Source: Atractiella rhizophila (lineage: Eukaryota). Taken from it: 64,000 bases of DNA. The DNA lies in assembly GCA_021432655.1 (NCBI GenBank), contig MU271183.1, forward strand, positions 194,926 to 258,925. The letters are read 5' to 3'. Every line of letters starts with the position of its first letter. Within the stretch, counting starts at the first letter, position 1. The position numbers and the translations under genes are program-made. This document shows positions 50,900 through 64,000 of the stretch, in pieces. The notes under the pieces are model-generated. The model had not been told where the DNA came from and did no database searches. It saw only the letters and a list, made by a program, of their open reading frames with translations.

Positions 50900-53800
50900 C
50901 ACTCCCGTCTGGGCCTGTCAGGAAGGACGAAGACAGGGGAACACGCACTCCCAGCAGCAGGGAAGACGGTGAAAGTGGCCGTTGCAGCCTGCCGTTTCTC
51001 AGCGAAGGGAGATGCGAAAGCCCCTCCAGCAAGAGTGAGAGCACAAAGAACAAACACCTTCATCGACATCGTGGAACGCCTTGAAGAATCACCACGACAG
51101 CCTCTCTTGGAGAGTGGATTGGGATCGGTCGAATAAAACCACGCCAGCCTCCTGCTAGCGCCAGCCTTTTATCAAGCCAGTGCTCCGCGTCGCTATTCTT
51201 AGACCGAGAGAGGAATGAAAGCGAGCGCGATGTCTGGCTATAATAATGGGATCCACGTTCAGCCCAATGACGCACAGCGAGAGAGAAATCCATGCCGAGC
51301 TACAAATGAGACAACAGGCATAGCGGACAATTCAGAAACTGATTGCAAATGTTAAACGTGACTGTGCAGGCTTCCCATAATCTCTGGAGAGTGGGAGACC
51401 AAGTGCTCGTGCCACTACAACGCTGCGATTCGAGAGAACAAAGCTGAGAGGAAAGGTCCAAGTCAGGGCTCAGAGCGAGACTCGATCGTCAACTCTGTGC
51501 CCAACCAAATGTGAGAAGCGGGACGTGTCCCGCAACAGCTTTCGCCATTCAAATTCGAGGATGTACCTTTCGCCCAATTTTCGATGTTGTCAAATGGTAG
51601 GTCCTGGTGAGACAGATGAAGGACGGGAATTTGTAGGCATGAGCGAAAGAGAACCGGACAGTCCATCAAGCTCATTCGACTCGGACGGGATTATAGACGA
51701 GATCACTCTGATGCCAGTCGCCAATCTGTACGATCTGGAGAAGCTGGTTTGGGAATATTTACTAGAGATGGAACAAGATAGCCGCTTCTTCTTCTGAATG
51801 GCCACAGAGCTGGGGCAACCACAGGTAATCGCATTCCGCAATACGTCATACTAGGCAGGCATCGATTGCAGTTGCCAGCCTCACCAACTTGAACCTTCCA
51901 AGGCCAATGCACAAAGGATTCCACTCAATGGGGGTAAAAGGACTTGCAATCTTGAAGCTCAATCACGAACATTGTCCCTTCTTCGTTCCTGTTGGCTCGA
52001 ACTGACTCTTGCAAGAGAACCTCACTGCAGACTTCTGGGGTTGCTTTGGCATACGAGTAGGTTATGGACTTGCTTCCATTGGTCTCTTCCTGCCTTGAAT
52101 CGTCCTGCCTTCGGTCCTCAACCCCTTGCACCCTATTTCCCCCAACGCCAGAAAAAGTTGGTATGAAGCCTCGAAGTTAGTAAATACCAAATTGAAATTG
52201 GGACCACTGGCAACACGTTCAAATTTGTGCACCTTTCAAACAATTGTCTTTCACTTGTTACAAGAAAACTGCAAGGATGGAAAAACACTACCTGGGAAAA
52301 GGTACAGGGCTCGACAGGGTTCAAGGGTCGCACTGAGGAACTGAACTTCCACTACAAAATCAAGAATTCACAGTTCTCTAGATTTGTGTAGCACCGCATC
52401 AAGATTTATAAAAAGTGAACCAAGAACACTTCATTCCTCAGTGCCGTTGGAGACGAGCAAGGTTTTAGAGGATATCTGAGATTTCGTATGAAACGGCATA
52501 TGAAAAACTGAAAGAGAATGGACGCTAGAACTCCGTCCTCTGAATTCAGCATCCCATTAGATTGCTACGCTGACGAACGCAGGAGACGAACATTTCAATC
52601 ATTTTGCATTCACGAGCATCCGAGACCGCCGAGGAGCCCTTCACTTGTGTACCTTCGGTCAGAGGCGTTGCACTCCGTCTTCAGAGCGGGAGATGGCGAA
52701 GAGCATGAGAGGGACACTCAGATGAAATTAATTCCGTGATGATCCATCCTCTCCATAGGCATTAGATATTGAATGTTGAATGAGGTAGTGAGGACCGCCT
52801 GGTCTTCAGCCTCATCATGATCATGAGATACACTGGGTTCTGTTTGCAAGGTGAACAGGGCACGACCCCAGTCTCCCGCTCTGACAAGGGAGACTCGGTA
52901 CCGGCATCACTAGAGAAAAGCTTTTTTAAGCAATAAAATGTGGCCCGTCTATGTTCTCCCAATCAACCATGGAATATGGGAACAGCGACTTTCCGTTTCC
53001 GTCAGACTTTGCAGCAAACTTGCGGCGGCCTGACCCACGAACTCGATTTACTGTAGCTACATTATCTAGCTCAAACAAAACCAGCTAGGGCATCGAACAT
53101 CACGCAACCAGGAACCGAAAGCCAGAATGAAGCGCCGTTGCACTGGCGCTCTACGTCCCACTTTCATCAAAAAATTCTGTAAGGACGCCCGCTTTCATTT
53201 CCAGCTTGCACCTTCTGTGGGGTTGCGGCGCCATGGTTTCAGTGGCCCAGCGTTTAGCTGCACATATTCATCAACATCGATTTATGCCCTCTTCGCAAGT
53301 GGACTTGCTCAACCTCAGATTCGTACCTAAGGCGTCCCATCCCATCACAAATGGAGATATGTGGACTGATGGAAGCCCCAACCGTGCGTGAAAAAACTTC
53401 GCTGACCGTTTTTAAGTTTGTTAGGGTCAAAGTCTGTGCTCGACTTTTCAAACTATGTGAGGATTATTCCTAGGTGAGCCATGTCGTTAATATCTTGATC
53501 TCCACTCGAGGCTAGATTCAACATACGCCGAACTGTAACAACCTTGAAAGCTTCAATCTTGGTCAACTTGGAGGAGGGCGTCGTAAGGGACAAAACCGCA
53601 CCTGTTGCGCACGGAGGGATCATGCGCACGATGCTCCCAAAGAAAACAGGAAACCTACTTCTGCCGCACTAAGGAGAGACACCAGAGAACGCGGAAGTGA
53701 TCCTGAAGCGTGGTTCTCTCCACATGTCAATGAACAAGCATATAAGCGTCAGATTACCGAAAAACTAGCAGGCGCCTAACAGTTTCATTCATTCTCCTAT

Positions 53801-54239
53801 ATCCTTCATAATGAAGCCGTTACGCCAACACACGCCTTGCAGACGTTTATCAGAGTTCGGGAATGTAAACTGTATCGTGCATAGAAACGTCGGGTGAGTC
53901 TCTGAACATAAACTTCGTTTGTTACTAATACCGAAAGAGCTTCTGCTTCTTCTTCTAATTTGACTGCAAGAATCACAGAGTCATAAATGCAATACTCTAC
54001 CATATTGCAGGAAGATGCAGTGTACACAGGAACAGGATAACCAAAAATCTCCAGGACTTGACAAAGAATAAAGATGGGCTTAAATAAAGTTGAGGATGAT
54101 TGAGGGATCAACGACGCCGAAACCCAATTAACGGGATTGTAACGAGGAACGAGGAGAAGATATGCATCACCATGCATACAAGAAGAAAAGAAGCCGTAGC
54201 TTCGCCTCAAAAGGTCTCATCTTCATCTCGCATTGTGTC

Positions 54240-56990
54240 AATTGCTCAATTGAATTCTTCCTTCTCCAATCTTGTTTATACCGTCCAAGAATATATGAAG
54301 AGCAAGTTGCTTGATGCCCTGAACATCGCCAACAAAACCTACAACCTGACCAGGACGAACCACCTACCTCTCACGCAGTATCAACGCTCCTGTCTTCTAG
54401 AAGTATCATGTCGTTGCAACCCACGTGGTATGGATACGTAGCAGACATCACCGAAGTGGAGAAGGTCGTGCACGCTTGTGTGGTTGGGAAGCTCGTTGAT
54501 ATGCCTAGAAGGTTAGACGAGCAGGAGAGGGAAGAGCTAATCCAGCACGGCACCGTCTTCGTATTTGAGGAAGGCAAAAGCGGGATGATGCGATGGACCG
54601 ATCACTTGAAGGTGCATGTCCCCCTCGAACCTTAAGACAGAGGAACGTAAAGAACTGACTGGTTGTCATTGTCCCTTGATCAATCAATAATATCAGTGTG
54701 GGCAGTCCAGAATGTCCGGCGTCTTTCTCACTTATACTGAACGCGACTATCCACCAGGCGCGCTTCCTCTTACCAGAGCCTCCATCTGTATCAACAGACA
54801 GGTATCGAACGGGACAGTCGAGCGGTGGCACCTCGTCGCGTATTACAATCGGGAGTATCGTTCGCTTCCACGAGTTAGTAACGATCCAGCCCTCAAATCT
54901 GTCATTGTGCCATTTAAAATGTATGTGAACAACTCGTCGAGGAACCGAAGCGGGACAGGCGGATTGTTTGGCGGGAGTTCCACCAGTAGTAAGAGTCCCC
55001 CGAACCCCCCGTCTGTACGTGCAGCCATCCCCCCACCCCGTCCTTCAACTGCGACTTTTCCTGCGCACGCTCAAGCTGCTCCCTCCCCTTCTTACTCCCA
55101 ATCCCAAGCCCAACAGCAACCTCGTCCGACCTTATTCGGGAGAACCGGTCTACCCTCTTCAACAAACACCGCAAACGCTCGGCTTCCTCCCATACAGACA
55201 CGTCCTCCTGCACAACCCCAAACTCAACCCTCTCGCGGACTCTTCGGTGGAATGAGAGCCTCGACTCCCCCGCCTCAAGCCACACGGCCACCGGCTCCGC
55301 CTCAATCATCAGGAGGTCTCTTCGCTAGAAGAGCACCAAGTCCCGGACCTCAAATGCCGCAGCAGCCTCAGCAAGCCAGAGGAATGTTCGGCATGAGGGC
55401 CCCCTCTCCGCAACCAACGCAATCCCAACCCCTCCGGTCCGCATCCCCCGTCTCCTCCTCCCGCTCTTCCTGGGGACGCTCCTCCAACCCCTCTCCCACC
55501 TCGAGAACGAGCAGCGAATACAATCACTCTCACTACCAACCGGACGAGATGATGGACGTTGATCGGGAAATGGGAGGCTTGGGCATCGGGATACAAAGGC
55601 CCTCGACTGGGATGGGGATGGGGAGGCCGAGGCTCCCTAGCGTCAGCGGAATGAGTGGAATGAGTGGGTTGGGGAGTTATCAGAGAGGGAGGAGGATGAG
55701 TGTAGATATGAGAGGACCAGATGATACTGAGTACGTCAACCCCTCATTGCAGAAGTAGGGAGAAAAAGACTAATGCGATGTTTTCGTGTTTTCCAGGATG
55801 TTACAAGCGATAACGAGAGGAACGAGATGACCCAAAAAGCCTGGCAAGCTTACCCTGCTCAAAAAAGGCACAATGCATCGACCAATGCCCTCAGCATCAG
55901 CACTGAGGAACACCAAGGATCGGCCGCTTGCGTGTTTGGTTGAGAGCACTCTTTCTTCATTTACTTCATTCCGTACCAGTCCCATCCATCATCTTCGCAA
56001 CCTCCAACTCATAGTCCTTCATTTTGTTTGTTCATATGGGCTATAGCACCTAGCCCACTCACCAGACTCCTTCCTTTCAGCCTCTGCATTTGTGATTGCT
56101 TTTTCAATTCGTCAGTGACTTTCAAAGTGACCACTTCCGCTCCTCTGGCAACACACTCAACTTTTCCAAAAGAACAAAGTGCTGTATGTTACGTGCTACT
56201 GCAGCAACAGTTCCCTCCCTTAACTTGGTTTACTTGTCGTTCAAAATTGACACCGCTTACTGAACATTTTATGGCTACATTTATTCCCCGCGCATGTTTT
56301 AGCATTTGTTTCTGTTTGCAAACTTTTATGCCGTATGCCGATGCTTCTCACTTTGATCAAAACCTTTGCTTTGCTTTGAAAAAGTTACCCCGGTCTATAG
56401 CTTTACTTAATGATCCACTTGTATATAGCTGCCCCGTGTTTGGACTCAGGGCGTTGAAAGTTTGCTCCACATCGATCAAGAGTGCATCAGAATTGGCCAT
56501 GCTCCCGTGTTCTCGATATGCGTCGCTAGAGCCGCGGTTAGGATGGATGTATTTAGATACGCTTGGAGGAGTGTTTTTGGGGGTTGGAGTTTTGTTGCCC
56601 TTTCCTTCGAGTTAATCCTGCATCGTCAAACAAGGACAAAAGACTGGAAGAAGCTTCGAAGAAGAATGAGGGACTCATCCTGCCTTCTTTTCTTCCCTTG
56701 TCAGCTGTCATATTATATTTAGGAGATAGTACGCCGTGACAAATTCACTCTTGACACAGACTGAACTTTATCATTCCAGTCGCACCAGCTTGTCTGGATT
56801 GGAATTGTAACTTTGGTATGTTGCCGTACCTTAGCAGAAAGAAAAGCCCTCACTTTTAATTTTAAACGCTGCTGCTGTTTAGGAGATATCCACTTTCCGC
56901 CTCAATGTGGGAATCTATGCAGTCTCTGTCTCCTACAGGCAAGATCTATCTTGCCTCTCCACGAGGGGAACGACGATGTCCGCCTCAAAC
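54240..56990 (+). repeat. Right arm of inverted duplication
   Basis: Matches the reverse complement of 43455-46020. Similarity is highest in the CDS. Confidence 0.9.
54408..55830 (+). CDS. Gti1/Pac2 family (WOPR) transcription factor, copy 3 (full length)
   Basis: Same motifs and intron positions as copy 1. Last exon MLQAITRGTR* (TGA 55828-55830). Confidence 0.92.
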
Positions 56991-57848
56991 GAACAAAGAA
57001 TTGTAGACGTACTAGCACTAAGGGTGTCCTTCCACTCAACTCGCAGGACCTCTCGCAGGTAAGCCGGTAAAACCTGTGCGGGTAGGGAATGGACACGGGA
57101 ATCCATTTGCCAATGTTGAAACCACGGGCAAGCGGAAGCCGCCTGACGACTTGAGACTTGAGTGGTCATTGCAAAGGCACAATGAGACTACGTAAAGCTT
57201 TACAATCTGGTGTTTCTCTATTTCTCGCTGCAATGAGAAGTAAAAAGGACAATTTATGCTTGGGTTTACACTTTCGCTTCACGCTAAAGGGTGATGAAAA
57301 GGTCTAGCATCAGCTGCTGAATTGCATGGCATCCGAAGGCATTCTTGTTTGAAAAGTGAACACAATTAAGTTCTTGGGCTTCTTCGTCTCCTGCAATATT
57401 CTATGTTTTCTTCATCTGATGCGGAAACCTTCCAGCTTCGGTATCGTGCCCTCCACGACTCCCAACTCCTGCTGCATCGTCATGAGTCTGTCTGAAACCC
57501 TTCAACTCCCATCCTGCCAGTTATCTCGGGGGTAAGCTATTCAACGACTGGGAACCCCTTGCGGCACAGGGAGGGGTGAGGATGCGTTAAGAGCAGTAAA
57601 CCCTTTCGGGAAAACGCAGCGAACGACGGCTGTCCCCTGTGACAGGCCTAAGCAGCACGGTAACCGCAACTCGCGCTAGGAGCGAGGAGAATCGGGAAGT
57701 GGGAAGGAAATACTGAATGTTGCTGGCGATGCCACAACATCCATGATCCTTTCCTTGCAATAAAAGCTCGAGAATTGACGCAAGTGCTTCCCATCTCCTC
57801 CTTGTCTTTTCTCTCCTCCAGTTTCAATCACGACTAGAAACGACAGTG

Positions 57849-59544
57849 ATGAGACACAGCACATGGCCCACAATCATCTACAACTTTGCTTTGCTTGCAT
57901 CGACAGCGACTTCAGCACCGTATACTGGTCCAAATCCTTTCAAGAATGGACATGAAGGCTTGGGCTCAAAGTACGGCTCACTTACAACTAAACCAGCCGA
58001 CCCTGCTCAACTCATCGAGAATCCGTTCCCCATGACGTGAGCAGATTTGCTCTCCGCCTTCTGTGTTCTGAGGACGGTATCAGATGCCATGCCGAGTACT
58101 CAGGCCCTGGCAACAGCGGCTCGTTCGTAGGTCTGGCGTGCGTTCCTTCTTCTCTAGAAACTTAGACCTACAACCTGACAACCACTCCATAGCTGTCATG
58201 CTGCAGATCCGAATTCATTGGCCAGTACAAGGACAGAGAAAATGGCGAACGAATCTGAGGACATAAGCAAGCGTCAACCAACGTACGTGACTATCACGTA
58301 CAATCTAACATTGAAACTGATGAAAGTCCCACTCTCTCCGACAGCTGTGGCGTCACCCCTAATGAAGAGAAGATGGGACAACTTCGGAAGAAGTATAGTG
58401 ACCGCATGTCTAAGAATCGCAAAACTCTGGAATCCTATGCAAAGCCGACAACAGAGGCAGGTGCTATCATTGCCGTGCGCAAGTATTTCCTTTAATTTCC
58501 TTCTCTCCATCTCCCCAGCCTGCTCCAGCTCTTACAAATCATCAGATTTCCACGTCATCACTGCCAACACGACCAGAGCCGGTGGAAACCTTTCTCGCCT
58601 CGATGTAGATTTGAGTGCGCATCTTTTCTTCATTACCCACGAATTGCGTCCCTGATGACGAGAGATCAGGCATATTAGCCCTTAATAATGGCTTTTCAGG
58701 GACTGGCCTCCAATTCGAGCTCGCATCACTAGACTACAGTCAAAACAGCACCTGGTTCCTCAAAGCAAACACCTTTGAGCAAGATGCGAATGGAGGACTC
58801 ATCGCTAGCAAAGAGGGAGCACAGATAGATTATGAGATGAAGACCGCTCTGCGCGTAGGAGAAGAGAAGGACTTGAACGTTTATACTGTTGCATTTGAAG
58901 GCACTCCTTCGTTGCTGGGCTATTCGTAAGATTATCATCATTCTTTATCTGGTGGCAGAGACACTGATGATCAGGATGTGATGTGGTAGTGCTTTTCCAG
59001 AAGATTACGAGGACAAACCAATCTTTGATGGTGTGCTTATACATTACCGAACTACTCCGGGAGGAGGATTCACTACGTGAGCACCACAGTAGCCTAATCT
59101 AATGAGGTTGATTGAACCTTCATGCACAGAGCTGATCAAGGAAAGAACTTGGTGCACGAAGTCGGGCACGTCATCTCTCCCTCATCACCATTTGTGCATG
59201 GAAGTCCTAACAGACAGTGCAGGCATTGGGTGGGGCTCTTCCACCCATTCCAAGGCAGCTGTGATGATTTAGATGACGGCGGAGACATGGTAGGCTTCTC
59301 CCTGCTTCCGCCATGAGGACTACACTCAGTGAGGGAACAGGTCGATGACACGCCACCCGAACTCGAACCTACTGGAGGTTGTCCAGTCTCCAATCCACCC
59401 AAAACGTGCCCAGGAGAAAATCAGCCAAGCTCCATCTTCAACTATATGTCGTACACTTTCGATGCTTGTAAGAACCCGTTCACTCCTGGTCAGATCACCA
59501 GGTTAAGATCACAGTTGGACATGTTTAGGGGGATTGAAATTTGA
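57849..59544 (+). CDS. Secreted M43 (pappalysin/ulilysin-like) zinc metalloprotease, multi-exon
   Basis: Signal peptide; FHVITAN; MKTALRVG..DLNVY; LLGYS; DGV; GKNLVHEVGHWVGLFHPFQG (HExxHxxGxxH across a 57-nt intron); VDDTP; NYMSY Met-turn; FTPGQITR. Confidence 0.92.
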
Positions 59545-60496
59545 CTGATTGATTGATGTAACTCTAGATCTGTATTCACTTTGATCACGGACTGAATTAT
59601 CACTCTTTTCCTTCATGTTCGCATTGTGGAAAGTTGCCTGCGGCTATTTTTTCATTAGATAGGTCCAATGAATAACGCAGTCGAAAAGTATGAGGTCCTC
59701 GTTCTCTGTCCTGACAAGCGAACACTACATGGGGTAGCAGCGCTGGGATATTTTTAACATGTGACTTTATCACATCGTCATTTCCTCATTCACTACGACG
59801 TAACTAAGCTTTGCAGTGTCGATCAGCAGACCATTTATGCCGTACGCCTATTCGTAAGCTGATTTTTTCATTGATCGGTCCAATGAATAACAGTCTAAAT
59901 AGCATCTTGGACAGGCAAGTGTGAACAGAAAAACAGGGGCACAACGTATCAGGCTTGCGTAAGCTGATCCCACCGTCATGTTATTCTCACAGCTGTGAAA
60001 CGTTGGATATTGAAAGTGCGAAAGAGGCTCTTCGTCTCACGTACGGACAAAGCCAGGGAGAGTCATGAGAGATGAAATCTGGGAGAAAGATAACTTTTCG
60101 AATAAGTTATGTATGGATTGCCAATGCCTCATTTATTGTATCAAGTACTTCCAAGCATTTATATTCCTTGGAAGCAGCGATCCATTTCACGCAACTTCTC
60201 AGATGGAGTGCCAGCCAGAAATGACTTGACACCTTCCAACCACTTAGAACAAAGCGTACCGATAGCCTGCCTTATAATCGCATTATGTTGACGCCACTTT
60301 TCATGTCAATCTGGGTCGCCATCTCTGCCGTCCTTGCTAACTTCGCCATTCTTCTATACTTCTTGTGGTCGTAATCATTTTCGGCTTTCCGCGACAGTAC
60401 GTCTGTAGTTTTCTTTGGTTCTTCCCGCATTCCTGATCTCTCATCAGCAAGACAGAAGCAAGGAAGTAGTAATACGCAACATCCAAAGTTCACACG

Positions 60497-62945
60497 ATGG
60501 CCTCGCAAGAAACGCTCTCCAAGTTCTTCGCACACGTCGACTCCCTCTCCCCCGCCTTCATCGACCGTCTCTCCAAAGCAGTCTCCATCCCCTCAGTCTC
60601 GGGAGAGCCAGTCAGGAGGAAGTTCTGCTTCGAGATGGCAGACTGGCTCGAGGGAGAGCTCAAGGCTGTCGGGGTTAGTACCGAGAAACGTAGGTTGTCA
60701 TTTGATCACGTATTTGTTTTGTGTTTGCTTTTGATCCAGCTCGATGTGTGGATTTGGATTTGCTAATGATTTGATCGATTGGATGCATAGGTGATCTCGG
60801 AAAGCATGTTATGGATGGGAAGGAACTCGATCTGCCGCCTATCGTGCTAGGAAAGATCGGAGAAGATAAGAACAAAAAGACCATTTTACTCTATGGTTCG
60901 TCTCCCTCCATCCACCCAATTCTGTCCTTGCACGTATTCTATTCTCATGTACTTTTCCTACTTTTCCTACAGGCCACTACGATGTCCAACCCGTAAACAC
61001 CTCCTTCTCTCCCAATACTGCGAAGTTTCTCACTCCAATGGCTGTACACAGGCCGAAAAATCAGATGGCTGGACCTATGGTCAGTCGCCATCACTTTCTC
61101 CTTTCCTCGCTTCTCAACCGATAATTTATCACAGAGCCCTTCGTCCTAACACACGAGAAGTCGACCGACCGCGTCCGTTTTTCCTCGTCTCGTTTCTTCG
61201 ATCATATTCAGACCAAACCTGATTGGTACCGGCGATGCGGTTGATAGTTGTTTGGGAGGGGATCTACAGATGATAAAGGTCCCGTGCTTGGATGGATCAA
61301 CGTCTTGCAAGCACACAAGGAATTGGGCATCGATTTACCTGTCAACCTCCGGTTCTGCTTCGAAGGTTCGTCGTCCCACGCCATCGAAAGGGCACGATCG
61401 ATCGCTGACTTTTTTGTTTCGTATTGCTCGCTCCAAATGTCTGGTATAGGAATGGAAGAGAATGGATCAGAGGGACTCGATGCTCTCGTTAGAGAGGAAG
61501 CTGGGAAATATTTCAAAGATGTGGATGCGGTTTGTATTTCGGATAATTATTGGTTAGGAACTGAAACCCCTTGCTTGAGTTCGTCATCTTCTCCCCCTTA
61601 TCTTTTGTGTTTTCCATCACCCTGCAAATTTTGATCGTTCTTTGGCATCAGCCTATGGTTTGCGAGGTATCGCATATTACAAAGCCACTATCTCTGGTCC
61701 TGGAGCAGACCTACACTCTGGAGTGTTCGGTGCGTCACTCTCTTCTGATGCCCTTTGATCAACGAAATTAATGGTTGCTGTATGGATAGGCGGAACGGTG
61801 CATGAACCCATGACCGATCTCTTCCACCTCTTCTCGAAGCTTGTATCCCCTCAAGGTAAAATCCTCGTACCGGGATTGAACGAATTGGTGGACCCCTTGA
61901 CGGAGGAAGAGAGGTCTGTCTCCTCTGAGCTTTGATATACATCTGTACTAATGGACGGCGATAAATAGGAAGCGATACGAAAAGATCGACTTCTCCGTCT
62001 CCGTACGACATTCTCTTTGAACCGCACATTACACGCTGACTGGGGAACGGCTTTCCTTGGTCCCCTAGAACTTCGCTACAGCCTCGGTTGGCGCGTCTAC
62101 GACCCTTAGTGAGGATAAAATCACCACGCTGATGGGTAGGATGCGGTATCCTTCGCTCAGCTTGCACGGAATTGAGGGAGCGTTTTATGGCGCTGGGTCG
62201 AAGGTACGCCTCGTCTGCCCAACCTGTCCCTTGCAACCCTTTACGGAGCTTGGGAAATGACACTGCTTGGATTTGGTGCAGACTGTTATTCCCGCTACTG
62301 TTCACGGTTCGTCTATGTTTCTCTAGTTGGGAGAAGAGTGCTGATGACGCGTTGGAATAAAGGAAAGTTCTCCATCCGTCTTGTCCCCAGTTTGACTGTG
62401 GCCAACGTTACTCCGTTGGTGGAAAAATACATCAAAGTTTGCCTTCCCTCTCTCTCATGAAGTTTGCCTGACCATGAATGCGAATGGATTGATAGGACGA
62501 ATTCACCAAACTGAACAGCAAGAACAAGCTCTCCTTTGAGCTTTCCCACGGCGGAGAGAGCTGGATCACAGATCCGAATCATTATAGCTTCGTAGCCGCT
62601 TCCAAAGCTACAAAGACGGTGTATGGGAAGGAACCTGATTTCACGAGAGAGGGAGGGAGCATTCCGATCGTCTTGAGTTTCGAACAGGCGCTTAAGAAGA
62701 GCGTCCTCTTGCTACCTAGTACGCCTCATTCCTTCCTTTCTCCTTTCTCCTTTCTCCATCTTTCCATCTCTCCCCGCCTTGCTTCGTGGTTGGCAACATT
62801 CCGGTCTGATGTTGCTTGGTTGGTAGTGGGTAGAGGAGACGATGGCGCGCATTCGACCAACGAGAAACTCGATCTCTCTAATTATATCCAGGGCACGAAA
62901 TTGTTGGGAGCTTACTTGCATGAGGTCGGCGCTGCTCAAGCGTGA
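60497..62945 (+). CDS. DUG1: M20 family Cys-Gly/cytosolic nonspecific dipeptidase (CNDP2-like), many short exons
   Basis: [88 protein letters not shown]. Confidence 0.93.
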
Positions 62946-63275
62946 AATGTAGCTGTGTAAGAGGAACTTTCGAAACAAAGAAGGAAGCTGTTGTAGCCAA
63001 AATAAAAGGTGTAGGAATGGACAAAATGTTTGTTCTCTCATTGCCAGTGAACATTTGAAGAAGTGAGCAAGGCCCGACAGTGATGTAATTTATATTCAAA
63101 AGACGAGGTGTTCATCTTCTCGATGGGCATCGGCCAAAAAGCACAAGGATTACAAAATGTCAAACATGTTGGAGTGCACTGAATGGGGTGGTTTCTACAT
63201 CATGCAGGTCATAAAGATACAGGTCTGAGTGAGTACGGATGTGGGTATGCAAGACAAGTGACAAAACAAAGATGA

Positions 63276-64000
63276 TCAGAGGAAGACAGGTCGCAGGTTT
63301 CTCCTCCTAGTATCCGTTCGACAAGTTGGGCAACGCCTTCGACGGGCTAGCGCCTGATCGATGCATTCCAAGCAGAAGAGGTGTCCACACGGAGTCAAAC
63401 GAGCATTGGTAACGGGTTCGAGGCAGATCGCACAGGGGACTTGGACTATGCCTAATCTCATCCATCAGACGACTGAGTTCCGATCAATAACTGTACATAC
63501 CAGTTTCTCCCGTGAACCCTTGTGAAGAGTCAGATTTGAGATTTCGAAGGAACGTCGCAGTTTTGCCTAGTTCGGCGAGCGCATTGCCGATCTCTCTATC
63601 TCTTTCTGATTGCTCCAAGTTTTGGCAGACGGTCAACAGCTGTTCAGCTTCCATCCACAGATCTCTATCTTCTGGGGTAAGGGAAGAAGACATCAAGACC
63701 TCGGGTGAAAGCTTGCAGAGGCGATGATAATCCGCAGAGAGTGAAGATGTTGGTTCAACTCGCGCTCCATCACCTAAAGTGACTGCGGCAAGGAGGGAAT
63801 GACGAAGTGTTTTAACCTCTTGCAAGAAATCACTCGGACTTGGAACAGCTCGGACAGGTTGGAACGATTCTGGACGACTTGAGCTCGCCAATGACGGTGG
63901 AGGTGACAGAGGGGTAGACGGAACTCCCGAATCGAAGTAAGTGTTGCTGGAGCGACCTGAAATGGATGAAGGATTGCGTAGAGAAGAATTCGACGCGCGG
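63276..64000 (-). CDS. C-terminal RING-HC finger protein (probable E3 ligase), 5' partial
   Basis: CAICL..PCGHLFCLECI...CPTCR..LRPVFL* spliced to the upstream ORF that runs towards the window edge. Confidence 0.8.

Larger units (their letters stand above)
46860..54890 (+). repeat. Older, diverged direct duplication (~46860-50690 vs ~50699-54890) that produced WOPR copy 2
   Basis: 46860-46893 matches 50699-50733; ~46900-47985 matches ~51640-52790; ~48940-49560 matches ~52590-53200; shared cgtcagattaccgaaa and gtgcatagaaacgtcgg blocks. Confidence 0.8.

Noticed and set aside
46030..54100. Wor1-like TTAAAGTT motifs as autoregulatory sites (for example ~48146, ~53411, ~54085)
   Set aside because: Short degenerate AT-rich matches are expected by chance, and the recognition loop here is divergent.

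Overview
Eukaryotic, intron-rich fungal DNA, most likely a basidiomycete (introns mostly ~45-60 nt with CTRAY branch points, several GC-AG donors). There are four zones. (1) 1-23.5 kb is ordinary: GPI13/PIG-O, a hybrid-B-type heme peroxidase, secreted and membrane hypotheticals, peflin PEF1 and a large DH-BAR-SH3 RhoGEF. (2) 24.3-40.3 kb is a nested retrotransposon island. An inverted pseudogene copy of the RhoGEF 3' end is split by a decayed Ty1/copia and several solo LTRs. It is followed by a ~3.6 kb inversion between inverted LTRs (swapped TSDs), a ~4 kb tandem duplication carrying Ty3/gypsy remnants, and a 114-bp TG..CA mini-element with tRNA-like boxes in permuted order. (3) 40.3-57 kb is an accessory regulatory cluster. 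It holds an F-box/LRR-like gene spliced to a Tup1-N-terminal-like exon, and three Gti1/Pac2 (WOPR) transcription factor paralogs. Two are full length and point outward in a ~2.6 kb inverted repeat, with a ~140 bp promoter block flipped between them. The middle copy keeps only the DNA-binding domain, has T->E at the conserved RWTD site and has its own promoter minisatellites. (4) 57.8-64 kb is ordinary: an M43 metalloprotease, a DUG1/CNDP2 dipeptidase and a partial RING protein. All calls come from reading by eye. Splice sites, some boundaries and family assignments need computational confirmation.
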